Below are positions 51,070 to 63,900 of a DNA stretch of 64,000 bases, one piece after another. The position numbers and the translations under genes are program-made. The stretch lies in assembly GCA_964188305.1 (NCBI GenBank), contig OZ076886.1. One strand, written 5' to 3'. The DNA comes from Podarcis bocagei. Taxonomy: Eukaryota. The first letter of the stretch is position 1. Every line of letters starts with the position of its first letter. The notes under the pieces are model-generated. The model searched no databases, had not been told where the DNA came from, and saw nothing but the letters and a program-made list of their open reading frames with translations.

Positions 51070-53045
51070 CTCGGCCGCCTTTCGATAGCTGACGGTGCTT
51101 TCCCACATCGCCAGGGTGGCGCGTTTGAGCCTATGCACGGGGTGTGTTGACCTGCCAGCATTCGGTTCAGGCCTGCTAGCGTGCACACCATCCATACACT
51201 GAATCAAGCAATCACTGTGAAATGTTTTCACACCGATTCGTTTGTGGTTATGGCAATATTTGCTTCTCCTTCCTTGCCGAAGATCACTTTATTTTGTGCT
51301 CTGGTGTTTGAAACCGCAAACTTCAGCGTTAATGTACTTGAATTGATGGTTAAGACAACTGTATTAATCCTGCAGGAGTATTAGTGCCTTGAATTCAAGC
51401 TTTTCAGTTCTCGCTGGAAAGATGTAAATAATAAGAATAATTGAAAAGTGTATTTTATTTACAATCTGCTTGTGTGAGGTTAATTTTTTTTTAATTTGCA
51501 AAAATATATATAAATATAAATATATTGGAAAAAATGTTGAAGGTTTACATTTGAAACTCTTGCCCAGTTTTGTTCCATTTTTCTCCTGTAAATGCTTTTA
51601 TTTTAACTGGTGGTTAAAGGGTGAGTTTAAAAAAGAAAAAGGGTGGCTTAAATGTTTACAGAGTGAGTTACTGATGGAAGACGTTTCATTTTAATGAAGA
51701 GTAATAACATGAGTAGCTTTCTTTTTCAATAGGAGCATTTACAAGAGCTTGAACTTAAGTTGTATATATGTGTGCAGGTAATAGCTTTGGGCAGTGCAAT
51801 TCACTTTGTTATGCAATCTTTCTGGAAAAGCTGTTGCAAGTGAAAACTTCTGTTTTAATATGAAATAGCAAATTTGGCAAGCAGTTTAAGATGCTTTTCT
51901 CTCCCTCCCCCTTTTCTCTCCTTCCCTCCCTCTTTTTCTCATTTAGCCGCAAAAGCAAAAAACAAAAAATATTCTGAACAAATTATGTAATTTAAATTCA
52001 ATCCATGCATGTTTCATTTGTGAAATGAACTAATCAAAATATTGGTTATAGGAGAGCCCATCCCAAAGTTACTATTTAAAAAAAGTATGTAAGTACAGAA
52101 CTTTACTTGCATGCCATTGCCTTTATTCCAACAGCAGTCGTAGTTCAGAACCATATTTGAAGTGCTTACAGTATTTTCACTGAAGTGGAATTAAATGTGA
52201 AGCTTTCTTTATTATTATCCACCCTACTTATTTAGTAGTGTTGGTGTTTGACCACATTTGAATTTATTTTGTCATTTTTCACTCCGTTTGTACTGTAGAT
52301 AGAATGGGCACCTCTTTCTTTTTTTGACTTGAGCTTTCTTTCATTGGGTTCACTTGTACATAGACTTTGCACCTTCACCTCTCAGTATAAAGGCACAAGG
52401 TAACTACTAAGATTGATTTGCAGATTGGTAAGTCTCTATTTACTTGAAATTTAAAAAAAAAAAACTAGGACAAGCATAATGGCACACATTTTAAAATAAA
52501 AAGCTTTGCAACAGAAAAGTTGAAGGCACACTGCACTCACATTCTCTCTTTATGGCAATGACATTTTTGAACTACCTGCTGAAGAGTCGGAGCTGTTTTG
52601 CGCTGCCGATCTGTGAATTGTATAGTTCTATTGTACTTTGAGCATTAAGAACTGTCTGAAACGTTTTGTTGGTTCCATTTAGTTTATATTATTCCATCAA
52701 TTCAGTTAGAATTGAATTTTGTAGAACATGGTGCAGAGTCATCTGCCTGGGCAAAATACATGCTGTAGTAAGAGATTTCTGCTCTCTGTAACATGTATAT
52801 TTCATTTGTTTGAGACTTTATTTTAGATTCATGTCTGTATGCTTTATGAGCAAAATATGGAAAATCTTGTTCTCACTATTCCTACCCCCCTTGGCTTGCA
52901 CTGAAACCTTCGGTTTGTTGGTATTGCCTGTTGTATAGCCGTGCCCCTTGTAAGCTGACAAGTCAGTGGCACTAACTCCTCACTCCCAAGAGATTGTATA
53001 TATTCAAGAGAAGACAAAATAAAACATTTTTGTGCTTGAAAAATT
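51070..53045 (+). other. WNK2: Probable 3' UTR of the proximal terminal exon (end approximate)
   Basis: AT-rich stretch without recognisable TEs after the stop; several TGTA motifs; AATAAA at 52495-52500 and 53018-53023. Confidence 0.65.
53018..53023 (+). promoter_or_regulatory. Polyadenylation signal AATAAA (proximal isoform)
   Basis: Upstream TGTA elements and downstream T/GT-rich sequence. Confidence 0.55.
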
Positions 53046-54120
53046 TGTGGAAAACCCAGTGTGTTGCTAAAATTCTAAAAATATCACAAGATAGCACCGC
53101 TCTTTAATTCCATTCTTTGCAGCTTCAGACACTGACTTAAGGAATCTGTGACCAGGGATCCTTAACTGGGAGCACTAAAATAACTCTGTGTCCCCTTGCT
53201 GTCTCCACCAAGTCCAATGAGTAAATCCTTCAATGGGTGCCCTTGGCAGATCTCATGTTTTTTTGCCACATTGAACTCAATGAATTGAACTTTTTTGTTG
53301 TTATTTTTAGTCAAAAAATTTAGTGCACCATTCTGTTGATCCATTTCACACCCATGAATCTTATGGTAAAGGATGAGGAGGAAATCTAAATAAAAAAACA
53401 GCAATCGGCTTGCTTGATAATTCTAGGTACAGAACTTTGAGTATATGCTATTGTATATGTTTGGGGTGGAAAAAGCTGTCAACTTGGGAAAGGAATGGTT
53501 AAATGGTAACAGTGGTGGCAAGATTCATGACACAAAAATTCCAACAAAATCAAAGTATATTGGACTGGAGAAATCACTGTAGGTTCAGACACTGACTACA
53601 ATTCAGCCTCTTATCTAAATTTATCAGTAGTGTTGCTTCTTGTATCTATTTAATAGCAAAGGAGCAGCCTTGACTGGGCTCATGATCACTGAGTAAAATA
53701 GTCTCAGTTACTATGAATGAGGATGCCATTCATGCTCCAAGTCCTAATCCTGCCTTCTGCAGCTGGTATTTTTGAGCCCAGTGAGTCTTGCTTGATGTTA
53801 AGAAATTGAGCTCATTCTCATTTAAAGTGAGAAGGACTTCTGCCCATTTTAATGTAACCTGAATCCTGTTACATTTTGCTGATGGGAGAGGTGGCTTACT
53901 GGATGTGTAGTTCTGTATAGCCTGAACCACCAGAGATCTGGAAGACAGCCCTTGAATTGTATCTTAGAATTCTAAATGTATTTGTTTCCCCAGCCCACAA
54001 TTGGGTTTTTTTAAAAAAAGTATGTTATGATTTGCCCTTTCACATAGATGGATGAATGAATATGGCATGGAGCTCAGCAAGAGATCATGGACAGGGTATA
54101 TGGGCCACAGCATTCTTATA

Positions 54121-54455
54121 CAGTGGTGCCCCGCAAGATGAATGCCTCACAAGACGGAAAACTCGCTAGACGAAAGAGTTTTCCGTTTTGGAGGTGCTTC
54201 GCAAAACGAATTTCCTATGGGCTTGCTTCGCAAGACGAAAATGTCTTGCGAGTTCCTGCTGGTTTTTTCCCTCCCCCCCCCCTTTTCTAAGCCGCTAAGC
54301 CGCTTATCAGCTGATCTGATCAGCAGATAAGCCGCTAAAAGCCGCTAATAGCGCTAATCCGCTAATCCGTCAATGGGCTTGCTTCGCAAGACGAAAAAAC
54401 TGCTAGACGAAGAGAATCACAGAACGGATTCTTTTCGTCTTGCGAGGCACCACTG
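54121..54455. mobile_element. Tc1/mariner-type MITE, copy 2 (inverted relative to 33545-33870)
   Basis: Same TIRs and TA TSD; internal sequence is the near-identical reverse complement of copy 1 (ORFs 33662- and 54087+ give nearly the same peptide). Confidence 0.9.
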
Positions 54456-55130
54456 TACAGTACATTTCAGTTGTGTACTTAAGTCAAAATCAAGAGTTTG
54501 AATTCAATCCTAAAGGGAGTCAGTAGAAGTGCATTGATGTGTTCCAAGCAAAAGAACCTGTGTCTGAACACTCAAAAATGATAGCTTCAGATAGCATATA
54601 TTAGTAATTCCAGTCTTGAACTGATAGTGGTAATGAACTTCATGTCTGAATCTAAAATAAGGGATCGCTGCTTTATTACTTGAAGAAGATCACTACAGCA
54701 CTGACACAATTCCAGAGCATCAGTGATGAATGTCCCTCTGCCCTTCCAGAGCAGAAGATTTGTCAGCTATTACTTCTTTAGTTTTTTGTCTCATGCTGAA
54801 TTCTACTGCAATCAAGTTACTGGTATCCATTCTCCCTCCATCACCAAATACCAAATAAGCAGTCAGTTGGACAGATTAGGCCCTGCAGCCAGCATAATAT
54901 TTCATTCTCATCTTTCTCATGATGTTGTCCCACTGCCTCTATGCAAATTGAAATGGAGATGTAGCTGGCTGGGATCTCATGGGGAATGCTCTGGGGGATT
55001 TCAGAAAGTTGCTTTCTGAACTGTTGTTGCACTGAACCAAAACACCCAAAGATGCTGCTACAAGTGCTTGTCTCAACTATCTCCAAAAACAATGGCAACA
55101 GAAGGTACAAAAAAATCTGTAATGTGTCAT

Positions 55131-55131
<1 letters not shown>

Positions 55132-55182
<51 letters not shown>

Positions 55183-55195
55183 CAACAACAACAAC
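55132..55195. repeat. (AAT)n(AAC)n microsatellite
   Basis: Seen directly. Confidence 0.95.
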
Positions 55196-58111
55196 GGCAT
55201 CAATCTATTAGCTAACAATGGTAGATCCAAGTGGCAAGCAAGAGTGCAGAACTGTAGGTCCAGAAAAAGCCAGACTGGCAGAGGTATTAAAAAAAAAACC
55301 CTACCCTACACAAAACACAACCAGCCATATCTAGAGGAAGCTGAAAAGTAACAAGTTCCTCTGTCCACAGGTGATGAGGGCCATCTTCAACAGCCTTTTG
55401 GGTAAAGAGTGATTAAGATGGGAATGGAAGGATATCTGCCCTGTATGTGTTTTGTTGATGGTGTTTTAGCTTCAGGGCCTAAAAGATTACCAATTTCAGC
55501 CTATCTAGTTTCATGTTCTAAAAATGGTGCTGAGTGCTGTATGTATATTTTGCCAACCAAATGATTACAAGTGATAGGTTCATGGAGGCCCAATACTCTT
55601 AAGTTAGTCCAAAAACAGTTCACAAGAATTTGGGTAACTGTGCTGTTAGATCACACTAGCAGAATAAGCAGATCCAAATTATGTCTTTCTCGTTTATGAG
55701 ACAAATATAAATATATAGCATCTTATCAGCTATCCAACTTATACTTCTTCTCAAGGAATCATCAGGAATTAGGTCTTTAATGGCAAAAACTAATAGATAA
55801 AGGAATGTTTTCCATTAGGTAAACTTGAGTCACTTGTGAATCAAGATACAACGCAGTGTGAAAGTTTTGTGACACATCTCAGTTTAGCTACTGGATGCAG
55901 CTGGTATTTTGTTCCTGGATCGTTAGAGATCATGAAGTTGCAGAAGAACTGACTGTATAGAAAGAGCACAGGCTTCTTGGTGCAGCCCTAGATTGTGAAA
56001 TTTGAAATGGCCACTGTTAAATCTTACTTTCAAAACAAACCTAGAACAGTAACACTTGAGCATTCAGGTTTCTACTGAAAGTACACAAATGTCACAGCAC
56101 ATTTTGTGGACCTTTTAAAATGTGGCTGCATATAGGGAAAGTCATACATTATGCTGAGGCCACTTGAATACCAAGGATTTGCAGGATATGAACCATGCAT
56201 GTGTTTATAAGAAAACAGGAAGAGCCTTACTGGATGAGTCCAAAGGTTCATCTAGTTTAACATCTTATTTTCAATGACGACTTCAGAAAGTTCACAAGCA
56301 GGGAATGAAGACAACAGTGTTTCCAGTTATGTATTCAGCATCTGCTATTCACAGGCATTCTATTCAACCCTCATTTATTTAATTTATTTTAAGCACTGAT
56401 TGTCTGCCCTTCATCTTGTAGTTACAACAATGGAAGCACCGGATCTCTGTCTCTCTCTCTCCTCTGTGTTTGTGGGTGCAGAGGTGCAAGCTTTTGAATT
56501 ATATGCAATAAAGTTAGCATTGCTGCGTAGAATTTAGCATCTTGCCCCCTGCTATTACACCAGCCTGATGGATACAAAAATGACATAGTGGATATGCTGA
56601 ACTTGAATATGGTAAACACATGAGCTGACGGCTGGAAAATTCATAACACATTGGCTTAGAATGCACAACTGAACAAAGAAAAATTTGATTTCTTGGAACA
56701 TTTTGTGCCACTACATTTGTCATTACATCAATTAGGGGTAAAAAAGAAATGTTTTCAGAAGAAAAGCTGTGATTCTGTCTATTATGAAAATTACCTACAT
56801 GACACAAAAATACTTTGGAAATTTTAACTGGCCTGTATGCCATGTGTTGTCTACGCCAAAAAAATGTGATGTTTTTAAATGTTGCTTTTTAAAAATGCTG
56901 GGCATGTTCATTTTTTAACTTACAACTATTTGTTATATCTGTACTGCAAGTAACTATGCAGGGGTATTTTCTGCCCTGCATGTGCCTAGAATGTCTTAAC
57001 AATGCTCCACTTTATAGTTAAGAGAGAAATAATAATGTTTCCAAGTAGAATTGAGGGTGTGGGAAACCGCGAAAGTAAAAGGGACTTGAATATTAGCTGT
57101 TAATGTCTGAATAAGGAACCTTGTATCATCCTCTCTCTTCACCTGATGAGATGTGTGAGCTATACCTGTAGTTATTGACAATCCATCTCACAACAGGGAA
57201 CAGGTGTGAGTGCTGCCTGTGAATGTTATGTAAGAAAGAGGAGATTGGCTAGAATTCAGAAGAGTTTATGGTGAGGCTTGCTGCTTGAAAAGCCATGTAA
57301 TACTCAGGACCATCTAGAGATGTTGAGAAAGCAGGTTTGAGGACTGGAGTGGTCAGTTTAGAAGGTTGCAACCCAGTCCTTGTGCACCAGGGCTGGGCGA
57401 TGTCTGGCTTTCAACAATGCAAAATATCACCAGGTAAACATTGTGATATACCGATATATCACAATGTCTGAACTATGTAGAGGCGAACAGTAGGGCTGGG
57501 TGATATATGGGTTTCAACTTCATGATATATCACCAGCTAAACATCGCAGCAAGGTTTCAGTTCCCCTTTGGAAGATAAGCCTTGAAATTCCTCCAGTGTA
57601 AAAGGCAATTCCCTGTCTGCTACAATACTAGTGTGTACATGCTTGCCAGTTTGAGTATAGAGAATGCATGCCTTAACAATGTAAACTGAGAAAATGTATT
57701 TCTCTTTGCTTTAGTTAACTAACAGTGCAATCCTATACATGTCTACTCAAACATCAGTTGCACTGCAGTCAACAGGACTTCCCAATTAAGTGTGCTTACC
57801 ATTGCACCCTAATAATTTCTAATCTGTGCCTGTAACTTATTCAAGCATGATCTGACAGTGGGAAACTGTGTAGTTTTCTTATGTACTAATCCATGCTTTG
57901 ACTGGGACTGCATGATGTCAGTGGATTTTGACAACAGCAATTAATGCCCAATGGGCTCTGGGCCCTATATTCCCTGCTGTGTTCAGTCATGAGAGAGGTT
58001 AGTTGATACAATCACATGAAAAAGCTTTAGATCACCTAAATTATTATTCATGTTGACTAAACATCATGCTTGAGCCTTCACACATTGGGTGTTTCCAGAC
58101 AATATTGTTAG

Positions 58112-58113
<2 letters not shown>

Positions 58114-58161
<48 letters not shown>

Positions 58162-58166
58162 ACACA
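58114..58166. repeat. (AC)n microsatellite
   Basis: Seen directly. Confidence 0.95.
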
Positions 58167-59649
58167 ATCAATTTGCAATTGTTACTCCTTTTGGAGTGTT
58201 GGAGATATTGCATTTCTCCAACACTCCAAAATGCAGTATTTCTTCACTGGGAAAATGTAATTTCTACATCTCCACCTCTCAACAGAAAAGCCATTACTAC
58301 TGTGAGTGGTTGGGTGAAGAGTTACAGGATTCTCCTGAGACATCATTTGTATCAAGGCACACACCCTCTTTTCCCATGCCGACACTTTGTGATTGTGGTT
58401 ATTTGTGTGATTTCTGTCACCAGTATTTCTAGGCTATTGTATGTTTGAAGTGGGTTACAATTGAAAAAAAACACCCCACAATATGCACAGTAATATAGCA
58501 AAATAATCAAATAAGAAGAAGCTAAACAAACAGAAACAGAATTTAAGAGATCCTATTAGTCTCATTATTGTATTTAATGTTGTTTGGAGGCTGAGCAGCA
58601 GCTGAGTGTGTTTGACAAGCTCACATATGACTATCTCAAACAGGAGCCCTGGGTACCTCTGCTATGTCTTCTCCCCCTACACACAAACACACTTAAATAA
58701 GAATATAATATTGTGTTACTGGTATTGGGCTGGGGTTAATTCAAGTATAGTGCTAAGGATATTCCTTATAGAAAGGCAGGCATGGAAGGAGCAATAGCCC
58801 TCCCGATTTGTTGTACAATAATCCCCGTATCATCCCTGACCATTGACGATACTGACTGGGGTGCAGATAGGGGCTGGAATCCAGCAGCATGTGAAGGAGC
58901 AGAGTTCTCCATCTCCTCCACCACCTATTAGTAATGGCTTTCCTGATACTTGATTTCTTAATTATTTCCTTGTACAACAGGAGCCAATGAAATGAGATCC
59001 TTCCCACCCCCCAATCTCACCATTTATGTTGGTGGTCTTGCTTCACACTTCCCATAAAAGGATGAGCTTTGTCCAGGGAGGAACTGGCCTGGTCAAAACA
59101 TCAGCACTGCTAAGCCCTTTGCTTCTATGTGCCTTATTAAGGAAGATGGAGCTATTCGGACATTGTGGTGCTTCTTAAGAATTCTATGGCTTTCTATGTA
59201 GGATTTCCTGGCCCATGGAGCAGCTCGTGCATGGCTTCTCTTTATTTTATTGTTTTCATTTTTAAAAATAATAATCTGTTTTTCTCTTTGTACATCGCGT
59301 CATATACATTAATTGTGGCTGCTTTCCGTCTTTTTCATCTATCCATTTTTTGGGTTCCATATGGATAGAAAATGCGGCTCAGATTGTATGATGACTGTTG
59401 TGCCCAAACTGAATGGTTTTGCAAGGGTGCCTCTGTTTTGTTGGATTAGATGAAAAATATAATAAAAGGTAAACCATTGAGCTTTAAGCATGGCACTGGT
59501 GTCTGCGATTGTCATGAGTTTGGCTTGCTGTTTCTGTAAGGCACCTGAAATATCCATAGTGCAAGGTTATGCATATAATACGATGTTTAACGAGTTTGGG
59601 CCTCTAATTCTAATCATACATGATTTTGATATTTTTATTTTTATTTTAG

Positions 59650-59678
59650 ATTCTGAGGAAGAGGACACCCACAAGTGA
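59650..59678 (+). CDS. WNK2: Alternative distal terminal exon (DSEEEDTHK-stop), spliced from donor 50830
   Basis: Strong T-rich acceptor (ttttattttAG) in phase 1, matching CAG|GTACTA at 50830; resembles the recalled human isoform end PTP|DPESEKPD; AATAAA at 59865. Confidence 0.7.
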
Positions 59679-59864
59679 CGCATGTCCAAGCTTGGATATA
59701 GGGTCAACATCAAGATCTTACTTCAACTAAGGAAAGGGAAGAAAAGCTGGGAATTGATGTCACATGTGAGAAACTCTGTACTATTCTTATCCATTAAATT
59801 CAATTTTGTAACTTCTTTCTAAACCTTTTTTTATTTATAGTTGGAGATTCAAACATTATGCAAA

Positions 59865-59874
59865 AATAAATAAA
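59865..59874 (+). promoter_or_regulatory. Overlapping AATAAA polyadenylation signals (distal isoform)
   Basis: AATAAATAAA about 190 nt after the stop of the distal exon. Confidence 0.5.
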
Positions 59875-60890
59875 CTATAATTATTTTGAGGAAAAGGCTT
59901 GATCCATTTTTGAGTGGGAAATTATCTGTTTTTCTTATGGTATAAGATTAAATTCATATGAAAACCCATGCAATTATTTTATTTTGCCAAATCAGCCACA
60001 TTCAAATTCTACTTTGGCTGGCAAAATCTCTTGTTCCTTTTAGGATATAAATGATACTCCACTTGGGTGGTATTCAACAAAATTTCACTCAAAAGTAGAC
60101 CCACTGAAATTAATGAACATGGCTAAGAGAGGTCCATTAATTACAATGGGTCTATTCTGAGTAAACTGGGTTGCATACCATTCCTTGATCCAAATGTCAC
60201 CTTTTAAAAATATATATTTAAAAGTCAGGTTCATATAGCCATTTTGAGATTGTGGTGATGTGGCAAAGATGCCAAAATTCTGTGTTGTGATGGGCCTTCT
60301 ATTTAAACAAGAAAAACAGGAAATAAGGATATAACCTGAAGAAGGTTATATTTGCATATGTTGATGTGGTCATGCCTAATCTTCATGCTGTGAATTTGCC
60401 TCTCAGCAAGTGAACTGGTGCTGACAGTTACATGAAAGATGCAGCAATGGGAATTATTCTTCAAAACTGCCTCTGACTAAAATGGAGGTCTAAATGAGTG
60501 CCTGAATATTTAGGGAAGGGTCCTTTTGGACACTAAGCTCACACCTGCATCTGGCAGGCTAGATCAAAAAGTGGGCAACCATCCGCAGACCACATTTGGG
60601 TTGCGAGTGGAACTTTCCATCTGTCAATCATAGTTACGCTTTTAGGGCATCTGTTTTAGAGTGGCGCAACTGGTGCAGCTGCAGGGGTCACCATGCTGCC
60701 ACAAAAATGTTGTAGAATGGAACACAGGAGGTGAGGGGCGCATGAATTTTTAGCCAAAGCAAATTGCTCCAAATCACCCCATATTGAATTGAGCTCACTA
60801 GCTATTCAGTGTGATCTGGAAATTTAAAAAAACTGCAGTGCATCTGCAAAAATTGAAACATTTGAAGAAAATGCCAAGGTGATGAGAGGG

Positions 60891-61059
60891 CAGTGGCGTA
60901 GCGTGGGGGGTGCAGGGGGGGCCGACCGCACCGGGCGCAACATCTGGGGGTTAGGGTTAGGGGGCGCAAATCCACGGGTTAGGGGGCGCAAATCCACGGG
61001 TTAGGGGGCGCAAATTACTTGCCTTGCCCCGGGTGCTGACAACCCACGCTACGCCACTG
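60891..61059. mobile_element. hAT-type MITE with internal TTAGGG-containing tandem repeat
   Basis: Perfect TIRs CAGTGGCGTAGCGTGGG / CCCACGCTACGCCACTG; 8-bp TSD TGAGAGGG at 60883-60890 and 61060-61067. Confidence 0.9.
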
Positions 61060-62444
61060 TGAGAGGGAAGAGGGTAAGCTCTTTTTTTGAGTGACAGGTC
61101 TAGGTTCTAAGCTAAGAGAAGGATTTTACCTGAGATTCCTCGGCTCTGTAGTCAAAATACTTTAGGGGAGGGATGCTGCAGTATATATCACCTTGTTCTT
61201 GTCTGTTCCATGCTCTTTGCTAGTTCTAGTGCTTGCTTGGAAAATGCTGGACATTCATATTCTTCTGCCTCCACCACATGCCCACAGACCTCCTTCTATC
61301 AAATCAGCTTTGCACTTTGTTTCTGTGATTTGGGTAACAACTGAGGAGAAAACAGGCCCGAAGCTATATATTTTTCATTCAGCATAACTCTCTAACTCCT
61401 TCAAGTACCTTTCTGGAATATTGGAGGTTACATAGAGCAGATATAATGTATGCTTTTTTAAAAAAACAACACTAAAATTGTTGCCCAGAAAACTGCAGGA
61501 AGGGAAGCAAATTCCTTTTAAAAATGTGTTAGTATGAAGCAGCAAGCAAGGACAGCATTGAGAGAGTTCCCAGCAAAAAATAAAATATCCAATGAACTCC
61601 AGACACACTAGTTTGCTTTTCACATAGACACCTTATGTCACTTTCCCTGCACCTAAGGACTTAGATCAAGCAAAACCAACAGCTCTTCATGTGGTAGCTA
61701 ATCAAATTACTTCATCAAACTAAATTGTTCCCATGAACCAATTAACATAACGAGATCTCCAAGAGAAAGTGGTTCCTCCCTCCTGCCCACAGTGCATGGG
61801 AAATCTAGATAGTTAATTGCAATATGTAAAGAAGTTAAGGCTACAATCCTATGAGATGAAACTCCATTGAAAATGAGACCTTCCTCTGAGCAAATATATA
61901 TAGGAATGTACTGTAAGTAATCTATCCATAACAAGAGAAGATTGATTGCTGCATCCTAGAATCTAGCATAATGGGTTTCTTTTACAGTTGTACAATTTTT
62001 GATAGATCCATAAGTTTTGTTTTCATGTAAGAAAATTGTTCATGGCACCTATTTTTTAAAAAGAATCTGCTTTAGCCTATTATTTTCAACTTGAATGACT
62101 AAGACAAATGGAAGGTAATTGCCTAGCTAAAATGAAAAATCAGTAGATGCATAAAATTACCTGATTCACAATCTGTTGTTTAGTCAGTCGGTACACTGTG
62201 TAAGAGCACTATTCTCTTTCCATAGATCAGAAATCTTGTCTGTGACTGACAGAGAATGCTACCAGAATCAAGCTTTTCTATATTAAAATTAACATCTTTG
62301 TGAAATATTTGGGAGAGAGTAGGAAAAACTGATGTTTTGGTCTCTTTTGGCAGTTTTGAGGCTGCTGACTCAGGCCTAACTTTAACCCCAAAGATAGTCA
62401 GAAGCAGTTAGCCACCTTTAGACATCAGTGTAGATTATGTAGGA

Positions 62445-62747
62445 CAGGGGTCAGCAAACTTTTTCAGCAGGAGGTCGGTCCACTGTCCCTCAGACCTTTT
62501 TTGGGGGAGGGAATCAACGAATTCCTATGCCCCACAAATAACCCAGAGATGCATTTTAAATAAAAGCACACATTCCACTCATGTAAAAACACCAGGCAGG
62601 CCCCACAAATAACCCAGAGATGCATTTTAAATAAAAGGACACATTCTACTCATGTAAAAACACTCTGATTCCCAGACCGTCCGCGGGCTGGATTGAGAAG
62701 GCAATTGGGCCGGATCCAGCCCCCGGGCCTTAGTTTGCCGACCCATG
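62445..62747. mobile_element. hAT (Charlie-like) MITE with an internal duplication of about 60 bp
   Basis: TIRs CAGGGGTCAGCAAACT / AGTTTGCCGACCCATG; 8-bp TSD ATGTAGGA. Confidence 0.9.
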
Positions 62748-63499
62748 ATGTAGGAAGTTTTCACCCATTCCACTGAGTCATTTACATGGCTATGAATAAC
62801 AGATACTATCACAAGTTTTATTTATGTGTAACCTATGGAAAGAAATCCAGCTCAGATTTATGGCTTTTACCTTTCTTTTTAATTCAGTTCGGAGGAACAA
62901 AAGATCACTGCAGCCATTTGTTACCCATGACAACTATATATTTTTATAACTATTTGCATGTACAGGTTGAGTTGGGGGAAGCTTTTTGTAAGTCTGTTTG
63001 TTTTTGAGATAAATATCACCAAGTGCAGACTAGGTGAACAATTGTGTCACTGTAGAGAATGGAAGCAAAGTGAGGGATACCAAAAGGATACTTTAGGGAC
63101 AAAATGAGGAACATTAAAGGTGTTCTCATAGTGTAAATTATGAGTTGTGGTGGGGAATGGGCTGTATGCCAAGACCATTCTAACTCCTGGATTCTCCTCA
63201 CCCCTGGATCTAGCAAGTGTTAAAATATAAGCCAGGCTTGCTTCCTGGTGAGGCAATTGCCTGGGTGATGGGCCATTAAGGGGAACAAAGGAAAGGAGCT
63301 CTGTGTGCGATGACAAAAGCTGAGGAAAAAATGTTGGGCTAACATAAATATAAAATATAAGTGCCCCTGTTATCTATTGTATTTAAACCATGGAACTTGG
63401 GGGAGCAAATTTTATTTACAGCTGACTCAACTTTTTGTTTTTTGATCTGGTTTTAATATTACGATAAATATATTGCTAACTTGAATTATACAAGAGTTC

Positions 63500-63900
63500 C
63501 AAGTCAATACAAATAGATCTGATTTTGCCATGTAAGAGTTGGAACCATTTGGATTTATAGCAGTCCTTAAGTAACTCAGAGCAGACTTGAAGGTTGGCAA
63601 TGCAAACGGCAATGCAACCAGTATTTTATAGTGCCAGCCCACACCCAATAGTCCATTGTGTGTATACCTATTTCTGCACACATCATCTCATAACTGGTTG
63701 AACTTGGGGGCCCCAGGATACGTCTCAAGAAACTTGACTGTATTTTAAAGACACCACAGTTCCCAAAGCATTTCCACACTCATGGGGAAGGAGAGTAGCA
63801 GCACAGCATTTCCAGCAACAAAACTGCCCTCCTATTGAAGTAAATGCCCCCCTCTATGCAAAAGGAACATGAAGAAAAATGGCAAATAAGTTCAGTGTGA
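63500..63900 (-). mobile_element. Degenerate LINE fragment (boundaries approximate)
   Basis: Minus-strand peptide IQSSFLRRILGPPSSTSYEMMCAEIG resembles the post-RT region of non-LTR retrotransposons. Confidence 0.45.

Larger units (their letters stand above)
1..59900 (+). other. WNK2: WNK lysine-deficient protein kinase 2 gene, 3' portion (5' end and kinase exons outside window; 3' end approximate)
   Basis: Chain of GT-AG exons whose translation follows human WNK2 colinearly ([127 protein letters not shown]). Comparison is from recalled sequence. Confidence 0.95.

Noticed and set aside
51067-51150. Stop-codon readthrough (TAG-C followed by a short open frame)
   Set aside because: The context is not the established TGA-CTAG motif, and there is no evidence without conservation data.
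54841-55351. Poly-Leu and poly-Asn ORFs
   Set aside because: Translation of the (AAT)n(AAC)n microsatellite.
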